A program made the translations under genes and the position numbers. A stretch of DNA of 64,000 bases from Heteronotia binoei (taxonomy: Eukaryota): the NCBI RefSeq assembly GCF_032191835.1, contig NC_083227.1:24924001-24988000 (forward strand), written 5' to 3'. A model generated the notes under the pieces. It searched no databases, had not been told where the DNA came from, and worked only from the letters and a program-made list of their open reading frames with translations. Positions 1 through 12,034 of the stretch are shown here, one piece after another. Positions within the stretch are counted from its first letter, which is position 1; each line of letters opens with the position of its first letter.

Positions 1-213
1 GAATGGTTTTAAAAATGATTAAGCAAAATAAACAGCTGCCAAAAAATGACCTAAATATTTTTATAAGCAGAAATCCTAAATTATTAAGCATTTAAACATC
101 CAAATTTTGTAAAACCACTAACCAAAAACACAACAGAGGTAGGCAGTGAACCCATTTTCATTCTTAGAACTCTGAACCAGCAAACCTTTAAAAAATATAT
201 ATTCTTATTTTAT

Positions 214-417
214 GAACATATATGAAGCTGCCTTCTACTGAATCAGACCTTTGGTCCATCAAAATCAGTATTGTCTTCTCAGACTGGCAGCGGCTCTCCA
301 GGGTCTCAAGCTGAGGTTTTTCACACCTATTTGCCTAGGCCCTTTTTAGTTGGAGATGCCGGGGATTGAACCTGGGACCTTCTGTTTCCCAAGCAGATGC
401 TCTACCACTGAGCCACC
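214..417 (-). mobile_element. tRNA-derived SINE (Squam3-like)
   Basis: Minus strand reads GGTGGCTCAGTGGTAGAGC...GGTTCAATCCCCGGCATCTCC (pol III A and B boxes) and ends in a (CATATGTT)-type tail. Near-identical copies at 12735, 18136 and 46292. Family name from recall. Confidence 0.8.
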
Positions 418-821
418 TTTTGAAATTTCATTTGCCAATGAGGATTAGAAACAAACTACAGCTCTGGCTCTGGAGATCTCAAAGATATCAGAATATGGAT
501 TACTCTCTTTCCAAGATCAGCTAAACTTACCCAAAGTTCTTCTCAGAGATTTCTAGAAATTTCTTTTCCTATTTGGGAGTGGGCAAACTTTTAGGGCTTG
601 CAAAAACTGAGCTTTCTAGCAAAGCTTGACTATCCTAATTTGCACAGCCTCCAGCACGAGTCCTGCTACAACTTTTATGTCACCACCAAGCACAGCATCT
701 TTTTATGACTGAAAACGTCTACCAAGCAAAGAATTTAGGGTAGCTCCCATAATTTCCTGCATGGGTCCAGCAAAGCTGCCTTTCCCATATGACTAGTCCA
801 GCAGCCTATTACCGTCTGGAG

Positions 822-1015
822 CAATGTTCCCTCTAAGCTGCAGAGTCTTGTGAGCAAAAATTCTACTTTGTGAGCTATTGGCATTCAAGTTGTGAGCTAC
901 TGCAGAAATTATTGTGCTCGGGGGTCATCCCTCCTGAGCGAAGGCAAAAACCTGTGAGCTGGAGGCTAAAAATCTGTGAGCTAGCTCACGCTAACTCAGC
1001 TTAGAGGGAACACTG
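822..1015. mobile_element. hAT-type MITE (CAGTGTTCCCTCTAAGCTG TIR family)
   Basis: TIRs CAATGTTCCCTCTAAGCTG / CAGCTTAGAGGGAACACTG; perfect 8-bp TSD GTCTGGAG at 814-821 and 1016-1023. Confidence 0.9.
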
Positions 1016-1094
1016 GTCTGGAGTACATTTTCACCCTGCCAAGGAACTCCAAAGCAGCCCAAATGGTTCCTCCCTCCTCCATGACCCTCACAAC

Positions 1095-1278
1095 CAGTGT
1101 TCCCTCTGAGTTAGTGTGAGCTACAGTTTTTTAGCTTCCACCTCACACATTTTTGTCTTAGCTCAGGAAAAATGGCCCTAGAACAAACTAATGTATGCAG
1201 CAGCTCACAACTTGAATGCCAGCAGCTCACCAAGTAGAATTTTTGCTCACAAGGCTGCACCCCTTAGAAGGAGTATTG
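1095..1278. mobile_element. hAT-type MITE, same family
   Basis: Starts CAGTGTTCCCTCTGAG and ends GGAGTATTG; perfect 8-bp TSD CTCACAAC at 1087-1094 and 1279-1286. Confidence 0.85.
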
Positions 1279-2189
1279 CTCACAACAACCAGGCAAGGTA
1301 GGACATGCGAGCCCAAGGTCACCCAGCCTGCTTCATGACTGGGTGGGTGCAAGCTCTTGAACCCAAGTCTCCCTACTGCTAGTCTGATAGAGCACGCCCT
1401 CCCTTGCTGTGGGCACAGAAAAAAACAGCCCTTTCCCTGATCTTTGTCTCTCCAGCACGTGGTATACTGCCTCTGAACCTGGAGGTTCTCTTTTATGGCG
1501 TTGAATGGCTGGACAAAGGAGGTTGCTGTTTCTTTCCTAGCAGGGGGCCTGTGTCTGCAGGGCAGACAGAAATGCAGCCGGTGCAGAGCCAGGGATGAAG
1601 CAAAGCCTCACAGAAGGCATGGATTACCCAGGAAGAGGGTGGTGGTGGAGGAGATGCCCCTTATCTGTGTTTCTCTCTTGCGGTACTCACCACTTTCTCT
1701 AAGCCTCCTTGCATACAAAAGGCAGCTCTTAGCTTGGGCCTCCTTGCCTCACTTCCCCCTCCTCCCCCCATTCATCTGCTGCAGAAGGAAATTCAAGCAG
1801 GAAGGAACTTTCGCTCTTTTTTTGTGTGTGCAGCGCGGAGGCCACACATCCTTTCATCTGCCTGCCCTCTCTAGGAACGGCAGCTCTGTGTCTTTAACCC
1901 TTAGGGAGCTGTGCCGCCGACACGGAGGAAGCAGAGAGGCTCGCAAGGGAATGAACATCAAGTTAACAACTGCAGGGGCATTTTTTTCTTTAATTGGGAA
2001 GAGGGATTTCCAGAATTTCTGGGCAGTCTGTCTGTCCGTGTGTTGTAAATGTGGTCAGATAAAAGATATAGAAGGGAAATACAATCATACAAAGTTTTCA
2101 GGATTCTTAAATACTTGAATAAAGCATTAAAAAAACAGAGCTGAAACTACAGGCAGAAGGCAATAGGCCCATACCAGAATGTCTGAGCC

Positions 2190-2935
2190 TATGATATCTA
2201 GTGTGCTGCAGTAGTGAAAAAGGCAAATTCTATGTTAGGGATTGCTAGGAAAGAGATGGAGAATAAAATGGCCAATATTATAATGCCCCTGCATAGATCT
2301 ATGGTGTGGCCTCATTTGGAATAGTGTGTCCAGTTCTGGTCACTGTATCCCCAAAAGGACATTGCAGAGCTGGAAAAAGTACAGAGTAGGGCGACCAAGG
2401 TGATGAGGTTAAAGCACCTTCCCTGTGAGGAGAGGCTGAAGAGGCTTGGATTTTTCAGTTTAGAAAAGAAATGATTAAGGTGAGACACGACATAGGTTTC
2501 TGGAATTTAGTGAGATGACCAGGAGAAATTTTTCCCTTTCCCCAAATACTACGACATCCAATGAAGCTGGTGGACAGTAGGTTCAGGACAGACAAAAGGA
2601 AATACTTCTTTACACAAAGAGTGCTTAAAATGTGGAGTTTGCTGCTAGCAGACGTAGCGATGGCCATGGGATAAACAGCTTTAAAAAGACTATACAGATT
2701 CACAGTGGAAAAGTCGATCAATAGCTACTAGCCATGGTGACTGAGGGAAACCTCCTCATTCAGAGGCAATAAGCCTCTGAAACCCGGAGCCAGGAGGCAA
2801 CCTCCGGGGAAGGCCTAGGCCTCTCTGCTCTATGGTTGGCCCTCCAGAGGAACTGGTTGGCCACTGTGTGAGGCAGGATGCTGGACTGGATGGACTGCTG
2901 GTCTGATCCAGAAGGGTTCTTTTTATATTCTTATG
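2190..2935 (+). mobile_element. CR1 LINE, 5'-truncated, degenerate ORF2 C-terminus plus 3' UTR
   Basis: Degenerate CR1 ORF2 C-terminal sequence (GTCCAGTTCTGG, GAGAGGCTGAAGAGGCTTGGA, GGACAGACAAAAGGAAATACTTC) followed by a 3' UTR ending TTCTTATG. Stops and indels present. Confidence 0.8.
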
Positions 2936-3807
2936 CTGATTCCCTGAACCCCACGCCTCAGCTGCCAGAGATGGGCTGCTCTTTTAAATGCGGAACAGGA
3001 GGTACATTTATTTATTTTATTTGGTTTATACCCCTCCCTCCCAGCAAAGCGGACTCAGGGCGGCTTACAGGGATTAAAATTCAGGCAAATTAAACATCAG
3101 AAAGTCATATTAACACCAGAACAGAGTTACCACTAAGTTAACACACACTTCTGCTGAGGTGGACACACAATAGAAGCTCTCTGAGTAGTGTCATGGCATG
3201 ACACAGAAATACTATTGGCTACTGTACTAAACAAAAATGCAAATACTATTGGCCCATCCAGCTCAAACTCTCTTTCCTATGGGTGTTGGCAGGGAGCCAT
3301 GTAATTTGGGAACCCATGGATCAGGCCATAGCCAGAAACATCTGAAACAAAACTGGGATAGAATGATTTTTTTAATAAAATGCCATCTCTATTACCATTC
3401 ACTGTAGTTTTAGCTGATGTTTTAGAGTCCTAATGTGTCTATTGTTATAATTTCCTATGATGTAACCCACCCTGAGCCCGATCGCAGGGAGGTTGAGATA
3501 GAAATCAAATAAATAAAAATATATATTGTATAGAATGTTGTTAAAAAGTAAATTAGGTGGACAAGAACAGCACTAGGAAATACATGGTCCTTTTGCCTTG
3601 CAGCAACAGCAATTAACAGGCAACTTTTATTGCTATCCAGACCAAATGATATTCCAATTTATTACACTATTTCACCATCTGATCCTAACTTTGTATCAGT
3701 TTACACTCTTAACCCACCAACTACATATATTTCAGCCCACTGTACCCCATCCCCTCGTCTGAAGACGTATGCATGCATACAAAAGCTTACATTCTTATAA
3801 TATAGTG

Positions 3808-3942
3808 CAGGGGTGGCCAACGGTAGCTCTCCAGATGTTTTTTTGCCTACAACTCCCATCAGCCCCAGCCAGCATGGCCAGTGGCTGGGGCTGATGGGAG
3901 TTGTAGGCACAAAACATCTGGAGAGCTACCGTTGGCCACCCG
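3808..3942. mobile_element. short palindromic hAT MITE (CAGGGGTGGCCAAC TIR)
   Basis: TIR CAGGGGTGGCCAACGGTAGCTCTCCAGATG with matching inverted end. Same family at 19354-19491 and 53037-53124. Confidence 0.8.
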
Positions 3943-4039
3943 ATAGTGGGTTCAATGCAGAGAAGAGACATGGTTGCAGTGAACATAGCTCTCTTTATTA
4001 GTTACAGCAAAGTAATGTGTAAACTGGAGATGGGGAAAC

Positions 4040-4225
4040 AGGGCCAACTATACACAGTTCAAGGTTCCCGCACTAGGACGCCATTGGTTCATTTGAACCA
4101 GTCAGGGGCCTGTGATTGGACCAGGGCAGCAGGGATTTGGATCCTACTGCCCATTGTTCCTGAGTCCCCAAGCTCAGTCCTCAAGGCTCCTATGAGCCAG
4201 GCAGAAACACTGGTAAAGACATAAG
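4040..4225. repeat. unclassified interspersed repeat
   Basis: Collinear similarity with 26287-26470 (GGGCCAACTATA...CCCATTGTTCCT(G/A)AGTCCCCAAGCTCAGTCCT...ATGAGCCAGGCAG). Confidence 0.6.
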
Positions 4226-4544
4226 CAAAAGTTCATATACACAATTCTGAATAAAACTTTGTTGGTCTTAAATGGTGCACTTGACTCCTACTTTGTTAAA
4301 CCTTTTCGGCTGAGAGATTATCCATACAATCCTAAAGAGACTTACTCCAATCTAAGGCCATTAAAATGAATAGGCTTAGACTGGTATAACTCTCTTTAGG
4401 ATTGCACTGTAAGAGTCATCCTAAATCTTAGGTTATATCTTTCATTAAGGGAGAAAAGCTGGAATGGTTCTCTTAAGCGGGTGGAGCTGGGACATATCTG
4501 AATGTTCTGGCCTCATTAATTGCTGTTAGGTGCTCTGAGCGGAT

Positions 4545-4705
4545 TTGGGCTTTTTGTAGCAGGAACTCCTTTGCATATTAAGCCACACATCCCTGATGTG
4601 GCGAATCCTCCTGGAGCTCACAGGACTCTTAGTACAGGGCCTACTGTAGGCTCCAGGAAGACTGGCTACATCAGAGGGGTGTGGCCTAATATGCAAAGGT
4701 GTTCC
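4545..4705. mobile_element. MITE of CAGGGCTTTTTTTGTAGCAGG family
   Basis: GGGCTTTTTGTAGCAGGAACTCC ... GTTCCTGCTACAAAAAAAAGGCCC inverted ends. Related copies near 23655, 27640, 37015 and 46279. Confidence 0.7.
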
Positions 4706-4823
4706 TGCTACAAAAAAAAGGCCCTTCTTGGATTTCACTGTCTCCACTGTCTTTAAGTGCCCTGGTCCCAAACACTTCCCCACTGGCCGGTCGATTTCTC
4801 CCAGCTGGCAGTGGCAGCGCTCC

Positions 4824-5260
4824 TAGGGTTGCCAATCCCCAGGTGGGGGGCAGGGGATCCCCCAGTTTGGAGGCCCCTCCCCCCACTTCAGAAAGCCGGG
4901 GAGGGGGGGAAATGTCTGCTGGGCACTATGGAGACTGATTCCCATAGGGTATAATGTAGAATCGATCTGAGGGGCTCTGAAAAGGCTGTTTTTGAGGTAG
5001 AGATACCAGATTTTCAGCATAGCATCTGCCGCCTTTCTTCAAAACACCCTCCAGGTTTCAAAAAGATTGGACTGAGGGGTTAAATTCTATGAGTCCCCAA
5101 AGAAGGTGCCCCTATCCTTCATTATTTCCAATGGAAGGAAGGCATTTAAAAGGCGATGGCCAGAATTCCCTTTGGAGTTCAGTTATGCTTGTCACAACCT
5201 TGCTCCTGGCTCCACCCCCAAAGCTCCCAGATATTTCTTGAAGTCGACTTGGCAACCCTA
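4824..5260. mobile_element. non-autonomous hAT element (TAGGGTTGCCA TIR family)
   Basis: TAGGGTTGCCAA ... TTGGCAACCCTA termini; 8-bp TSD AGCGCTCC / GGCGCTCC (7 of 8 match). Confidence 0.85.
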
Positions 5261-5669
5261 GGCGCTCCTGAAGCCTCCCCAGCTGGAGCCCTCAGGAGCT
5301 CCGTCCCTGCGGGTGATGGGAGGGTCAGACTTGCTCGCCTTTCCCCCAAGTGGGAAAGGCAGGCCCGCCCCCAGCGGGGTGACCGGGAGGAGCGGTGTAG
5401 TTTTGGCGCGCAAAGAGCCGAGGGGCTGCCGCTTGCAGGAAGTTGGTTTTCGGCGGGCATTTCCCCTCCCTCCAGCGCCTCCTCGTGGCCGGGACTAGTA
5501 GGCAGGCGCGCGCGCGCGCTGCTGCCTCCTTCTGCTGTTTCCCAGAGGTGGCCACTGAGTGACACAGAGGATTGGACTGGATGGGCCATTGGCCTGATCC
5601 AACATGGCTTCTTTTATGGATTTATCATTCTCCCCACCTGTGAGATAGCTGCCTTCTTACACTTTAGAT

Positions 5670-5930
5670 AGATCCAGGTGGACAGCCGTGTTGGTCTGAA
5701 GCAGAACAAAGCAAGAGTCAAGTGGCACCTTTAAGACCAACAAAGTTTTATTCAGAATGTAAGCACACTTCATCACATCCATGATTTTGCATACTAATTC
5801 ACTGCTCACCTTCTATATATTTAGGACTGCTTCCCATTCCATCCTATTGTCTAACAAAGTGTGCTGGTAGCACACGGAAGCTTACATTCTGAATAAAGCA
5901 TTGCTGGTCTTAAAGGTGCAACTTGACTCT
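5670..5930. mobile_element. Penelope-like element ends, inverted pair
   Basis: GCACCTTTAAGACCAACAAAGTTTTATTCAGAATGTAAGC at about 5724-5763 and its reverse complement at about 5879-5920. Inverted pseudo-LTR arrangement typical of PLEs. Confidence 0.65.
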
Positions 5931-5946
5931 TACTTACAATTTAGAA

Positions 5947-6260
5947 CAGAGGTGGCCAAACTGTGGCTCGGGAGCCACATGTGGCTCTTTTACACTTATG
6001 GTGTGGTTCTCAAAGCCTCCACCACCCTGTCAGCAGGTTTGCAGAAGGCATTTGTCTCTTTAAATCGCCAAGACAGCTGATGGCATGGACAATGCATTTA
6101 AAGTTACAGTTGCTTTCTTTCCACCTCTCCCTCCCCCCATCTATTTGACTTCTTTCCTTCCTTGTGGCTCTCAAACATCTGATGTTCATGTCTTATGGCT
6201 CTCAAACATCTGACGTTTATTCTATGTGGCTCTTACGTTATGAAAGTTTGGCCACCCCTG
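5947..6260. mobile_element. hAT MITE (CAGGGGTGGCCAAACTG family)
   Basis: CAGAGGTGGCCAAAC ... GTTTGGCCACCCCTG termini. Homologous to 11307-11592, 18781-19340 and 57457-57685. Confidence 0.8.
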
Positions 6261-7344
6261 ATTTAAGAGAATGAAAAGTGTTTGTATGTTCTAGCACTGT
6301 CGTATGTTTCAGGGTTGCCAGGTCCAATTCAAGAAATACCTGGGGACTTTGGTGCCAGGAGACTTTTTCACTCCCCTAAATAAATAAATAACACAGTAGT
6401 GCAGTCCCCTTGCATACAGTCTTCATTTCCTCGTTAGGGTTGCCAAGTCCAATTCAAGTAATATCTGAGGACTTTGAGGGTGGAGCCAGGAGACATTGGG
6501 GTGGAGCCAGGAGCAAGGGTGTGACAAGTATAACTGAACTCAAAGTGAGCTCTAGCTATCACATTTAAAGGGACCGTACACCTTTTAAATGCTTTCCCTT
6601 CGTTGGAAATAATGAATGATTCTTTTGGGGCTCATAGAATTGGAGTCTCTGGTGCAATCTTTTTAAAACTTGGAGGATATTTTGGGGAGAGGCATTGGAT
6701 GTTATGCTGCAAATTTGGTGCCTCTACCTCAAAAAACAGCTGAACCTATTTTGAAAGTTGAGAATGTTCTGAAGGAGAAGAGTTGGAATCTTGCCTGTGC
6801 TTTGATGAAATTGTAAAAAGCTAGTCAAAGCCTTTGGTGAAACGAGGAAAACAAAGTACAACCTCGTAGCTGTGTTGGGCTGTGTACATCTCAAGCTGAA
6901 CCTTCAAGAGACATCATGGGGTTTCCTCAGGAGCAAGCGGACCAAGGTTCACTTACGTTCTAAATAAAACAAAGTTGGTCTTAAAAGTGCAATCGACTCC
7001 TATTTTGTTCTACTACTTCAGACCAACATGGCTGCCTACTTGGATATATCTTTTAAAGACTATGTTCTTCCTTTTTGTTCACTTTGGGTGTTCTATTCAT
7101 CAGTATATGGTTTGGAATAATGTGTCGTGAAAATGTTTCAAAGAATATAAAGAGGTTTATAAGAATCAACAAATTGTGTAAAGGGATATAGAGGCTGGTC
7201 ATCAGAGTAACTCAGGGTTTACTCTTGTCCACCTGTGGATTGGCAACGCTATTCCTCATCCTTTTTGGGGGGGGAGATATTCAAAGGGTTTTCCAGCAGC
7301 TTCTCTTCATTTTTGGTCAATGTGTGTGTTTGGGGGAGGGGGGT

Positions 7345-7821
7345 ACTTTTAAAATTGCCAAACTGTTCCACTTATAGAACTCTATTTTCTTCCTGTTGAC
7401 TGTACATAGTTTTTAGAGCTGTTGATTGCCAAAGTGTTTGCTCACTGTTTTGTAAGAAGCTGGAAGCATTTTGTAGCAACAGTACACATATACTCAGTGA
7501 AGTTAAGGATAAACTCCCCCAGAATTAAATCTAAGCAATGACAACCTGATAAACTTAGCTTGCTACTGGTCAATGGTGGGGGGGGGGGGGGAGTAAGTTT
7601 TTAAAATTGCCAAACTGTTCCACTTTTATAAATCTATTTTCTTCCTGTTTCCTGTACAGTTTTTGGAGCTGTTGTTTGCCGAATTGTTTGTTCACAGTTT
7701 TGTAAGAAGCTGGAAGCATTTTGTAGCAACAGTACACATATATTCAGTGAGTTCTTTATAAAGAATAAACTCCCCTGGAATTAAATCTAAGCAATGATGA
7801 CTTGATAAACTTAGCTTGCTA
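7345..7821. repeat. local tandem duplication, about 250-bp period
   Basis: AAAATTGCCAAACTGTTCCAC at 7351 and 7603; both copies end CTTAGCTTGCTA (7565, 7821); separated by a poly-G run. Confidence 0.9.
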
Positions 7822-7907
7822 TTTCTGTTTGCATCTGTTAAAGCATTATATCATATGCTTTTATGCTAATTTGCTGTTCAACCTCTGCCGTATGTGTGGC
7901 CTGGTAA

Positions 7908-8600
7908 GAAGAAGAAGATGATATTGGATTTATATCCCGCCCTCCACTCCGAAGAGTCTCAGAGCGGCTCACAATCTCCTTTACCTTCCTCCCCCACAAC
8001 AGACACCCTGTGAGGTGGGTGGGGCTGGAGAGGGCTCTCACAGCAGCTGCCCTTTCAAGGACAACCTCTGCCAGAGCTGTGGCTTGTTAGTATTGAGTCT
8101 GCCTTTACACAGTTTGACAGCTACAACATGACAGCAAGTGATCTAGCTGGCAGGCTAGGTCACAGTGACCTTATCTACAAGCCGGTTCTAGCCGGTAAAG
8201 GACAGGTGGAAAGTACCTGCTGAGTCAGCATGACTATGGACTGCCAGGATTGGCTGATGGAACTATATATGGACTGCACTACCAGTGCACAGGTCTCTCT
8301 TTGAGGAGTCACATGCTGGCGGAGCACTTTGATCCTAAGGTTGATGTATATTACTGCACTAGTGAAAACGTTGTATATAATCTGTAAATACACTGTTTTA
8401 GCACTAGCTGCAGGTGTCTGGCTCGCTCACTTACTGGGGCTCACTGTTGTATATATCACACCGCTCACTCTGCACACACCCGCACCGACATGGCTGACCC
8501 AAGGCCATGCTAGCAGGTGCAAGTGGAGGAGTGGGGAATCAAACCCGGTTCTCCCAGATAAGAGTCCGCACACTTAACCACTACACCAAACTGGCTCTCC
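7908..8600 (-). mobile_element. tRNA-derived SINE with L2-like tail (Squam2-like), split by a solo LTR
   Basis: Head GAGAGCCAGTTTGGTGTAGTGGTTAAG on minus strand at about 8600; tail GGGATATAAATCCAATATCATCTTCTTC at about 7908. Interrupted at 8085-8490. Confidence 0.85.
8085..8490 (+). mobile_element. solo LTR (gypsy/ERV-type)
   Basis: 406 bp, TGT...ACA termini, perfect 5-bp TSD TGGCT (8080-8084, 8491-8495) interrupting a SINE. Internal TATA-like ACTATATATG and GTAAATACA polyA-like motif suggest plus orientation. Confidence 0.8.
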
Positions 8601-9471
8601 ACTGGTAAGTTTCATTTCACTATGAGGAAGTGGTGCACACGAAAGTTCGCACCCTGAATAAAACTTTGTTGGTCTTAATGGTGCCACTGGACTCAAACTC
8701 TGTGGTCCCCTTCTCTAGATTATTTTGCTTGTGGTATTTTTGGACAGGGCACGTCTAATTCTAGTTTATTGGTTTAGCATTAATAAGTACCAATTATCTT
8801 TATATCTTATATCAACCTGTAACAATCTATTTGTAAACTGTCAATTTTGGCTTTGTATATTTGTTATCTTGTATATGATTTCTGAGATAAAATTATTCTG
8901 AACTAAAAAAACCAACTATAAGTGCAGCGACCCACTGATTTAAAACAACACAGATACGAAATTCCTTCAGCCCTCCAGGCCAGCCCATGCTTTTGCTGTT
9001 AATACAACTGACCGAGCACAGCACTGGATCAGAAATATTTATGGTCTGGGACAAGAGTATCTTAAGGACCGTTTACTCCCATGTGAATCTGTCCACTAAC
9101 TAAGACCTTAGGGTGATTACTGGAGATAGGAGTCTTTTCATGGGGTGGGGTTGCCAATCCCCAGGTGGGGGCAGAGGATCCCCCAGTTTGAAGGCCCTCT
9201 CCCCGCTTCAGAAAGCAGGGAGGGAAATGTTGGGCATTCCATTATTCCCTGTGGAGACCGATTCCCTTGTGCGAAAATCCATCCTCGTAGCTGCCTTATA
9301 GTGACACTGTAGGGTTTTCAAGGCAAGAGACAAACAGAGGCTATTTGCCATTGGCCATTGCCTGCCTCTTCACAGTGACTCTGGATTTCCTTGATGGTTT
9401 CCTATTCAAATCCTATCCAGAACCAACTTGGCTAAGCTACTAAGATCGGACCATCCTGGTCAGAGTACAGT

Positions 9472-11051
9472 CTATTGACTCAACGCTAAAACCGGTTTCC
9501 CTGCATAATGTGTTCTCTCATGTCTAGCAAGATGTGCTTTCCGGCTGAAGCTTTTCCCACAGTCTTGGCATTTGTGTGATTTCTCCCCTGTGTGGGTTCT
9601 CTCATGTGCCACAAGGGTTGACCTGGCGCTAAAGCTTTTATTGCAACAGGCACATTTAAAAGGTTTCTCTCCTGTGTGGTCTCGTCGATGCGTGAGGAGG
9701 TGCGATTTCTGGCTAAAGCCCTTCCCGCAGTCTAAACATTTATGTGGCTTCTCCCCAGTGTGGGTTCTCTGGTGGCTATTAAGATTTGTTTTCTGGCTGA
9801 AGCTTTTCCCACACTCTGGGCATTTGTGTGGCTTCTCTCCCGTGTGGGTTCTCTCATGCGCAACAAGGGTGGATCGGCCACCAAAGCTTTTCTCACAGTG
9901 TGAGCATTTGTATGGCTTTTCTCCTGTGTGGGTTCTCATGTGTCCAGTAAGGAGGGTGCTCAAATTGAAGGTTTTCCCACAAACAACACACTTATAGGGT
10001 TTGTCTCCCGTATGAAGTCTCTGATGGTTGGTAAGCTGGGATTTGTTACTGAAGCTTTTCCCACAGTCCAAACACTTGTGTGGTTTCTCTAAAGCATGGG
10101 TGTTTTCATGAGCAATCAGAACCGATCGCAGACTGAAACTTTTCCCACACTGTGAGCACTGAAATGGCTTCTCTCCAGTGTGGATTCTCTGATGACTATT
10201 CAGGTGCGCCCTCTGGCTGAAGCTTTTCCCACAGTCCGAACATTTGTGGGGCTTGTCTCCTGTGTGGGTCCTCTCATGAGCCAGAAGAACAGACCTGAAG
10301 CCGAAGCTTTTACCACATGCCAAGCATTTATATGGTTTCTCCCCTGTGTGGGTTCTCTGGTGCCTTCTGAAGGTCGCATTCCAGCTAAAGGTTCTCCCAC
10401 ACTCAAAACATTTATAGGGCTTGTCTCCTGTGTGGATTCTCTGGTGGGTAATTAGCTGTGACCCAGCACAGAAGGTCTTTGTGCAGTAAGAGCATTCATA
10501 GGGCTTCTCGCCGGTGTGTGATCTCTCATGCACGATCAAGTTTGTGCTCCTGCTGAAGCTCTTTCCACAGTGAGAGCATTTAAAGGGCTTTTCCCCTGTG
10601 TGGATTCTCTGGTGGATATTCAGGTCCGATTTCTGGCTGAAGCTCTTCTCACAATCCAAACACTTGTAAGGTTTCTCCCCTGTGTGGGTCCTCATGTGCT
10701 TAATAAGATCGGTGCTCCAGCTGAAGCTTTTCTGGCAAATGTTGCATGTCTTTTGCCTCTCACCTGTGGAAATCTTCAGTTGGGCTGTCGTTTTGGCGAG
10801 ATCCCCATGTGCTCTCCTGTAACAAATGGAGTTCCCCACTCCTCTGCTTTTGTGGTTTCCTCGCTGCCTATTAGGCCGGGGTGGACCCTCCAAAGCAATT
10901 TCCTGAGCGGGACAACGAAACAGCCTCACTTCTGGTTCCTCCAACAATGACCCAGGTGGCTCCATTCGATCTATAAATCCCAGGGCATGATCTTTCTCCT
11001 CGTTTTCGGGTATCCAGCTAACACTTTTTATGGCAAAGGAAGATTCATTCC
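9472..11051 (-). CDS. gene A exon 3: 15 tandem C2H2 zinc fingers
   Basis: ORF 9472-11079 with 15 CxxC...HxxxH units and TGEKP linkers. Acceptor TTTTTGCTGCAG|GG at 11052/11051, phase 1. Confidence 0.95.
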
Positions 11052-11306
11052 CTGCAGCAAAAAGAAGAGAGAACCACACGGGGAAGTATTTCAGTTTTAT
11101 TTATTAAGTTTGCAACCTGTATGCACTATCCTGGGGAGGGAAGGTGGCACGGTATAGCCTGAATTTGTCAGCTCTTGGAAGCTAAGAAGGGCTGGACCTT
11201 GGATGGGAGACCACCAAGGAAGGCTCTACAGAGGCAAACCACCTTTGCTTCTAACTTGACTTGAAAGGCCTTTGGGGCACTTACATATTTATGCAGTATT
11301 CTAAAG

Positions 11307-11592
11307 CAGGGGTGGCCCAACTGTGGCTCGGGAGCCACATGTGGCTCTTGCACACATATTGTGTGTCTCTCGAAGCCCCCACTGCCCCATCAGCTGGCTT
11401 GGAGAAGGCATTTCTCTCTTTAAATCACTTCTCCAAGCCAAGGCAGAGAGTGGCTAGGAGGATGCATTTAAAGTTGCTTTCTTTCTATCCCCTTCTCTCG
11501 CTCCCTCCCGCCGATGTTCACGTCTTGCGGCTCTCAAACATCTGATGTTGATTCTATGTGGCTTTCATGTTAAGCACGTTTGGCCACCCCTG
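11307..11592. mobile_element. hAT MITE
   Basis: CAGGGGTGGCC...GGCCACCCCTG; perfect TSD TTCTAAAG at 11299-11306 and 11593-11600. Confidence 0.9.
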
Positions 11593-12034
11593 TTCTAAAG
11601 GTTTGGTGTGGGGCTGGGGTTTTTCATCTGATGAGGCTGGGAACTGATAGACATGATGGAGAGAGTTGACAAAAAGACGTTTTCTCCCACTAGAACTTGA
11701 GGGCATCCCATGAAGCTGGTGGGCAGTGGGTTCAGAATGGAAAAAAGGAAATACTGCTTCACACAGAGAATGATTCAAATGTGAAATCTGCTGCCTGAGG
11801 ATGTAGTGATGGCCACAGGGAGAATTCTAGCTCAGCACTGCCTACTCTGGCTGGCAGGAGCTCTTTGAGAGCTCAAGAAGAGCAACGTCCTTCTCATCGC
11901 TTGCAATGTGAGGGCCTTCAACTGGACAAGCCATTGTCTAAACCAGGGCTTTCTTTGTAAAAGTCCAGCAGGAACTCATTTGCATATTAAGCCACATCCC
12001 CCTGACATCACCATTGTTTCACACAGCAAGGATT

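Noticed and set aside
214-417. tRNA-like sequences (also 18136, 46292, 50873)
   Set aside because: They are SINE heads joined to a SINE body and tail, with no separate acceptor stem or terminator, so they are not tRNA genes.
1681-1700. Strong minus-strand donor GTGAGT at 1690 (and another at 63879) suggesting first exons of flanking genes
   Set aside because: A 6-mer like this occurs often by chance, and no partner exon is visible in the window.
1495-2118. 207-aa ORF
   Set aside because: Non-ATG start, no domain, and no splice structure linking it to any gene.
9572-10950. Antisense ORFs over the gene A finger exon (and 48292-48864 over gene D)
   Set aside because: Shadow ORFs of C2H2 repeats with the typical GFSPVW pattern.
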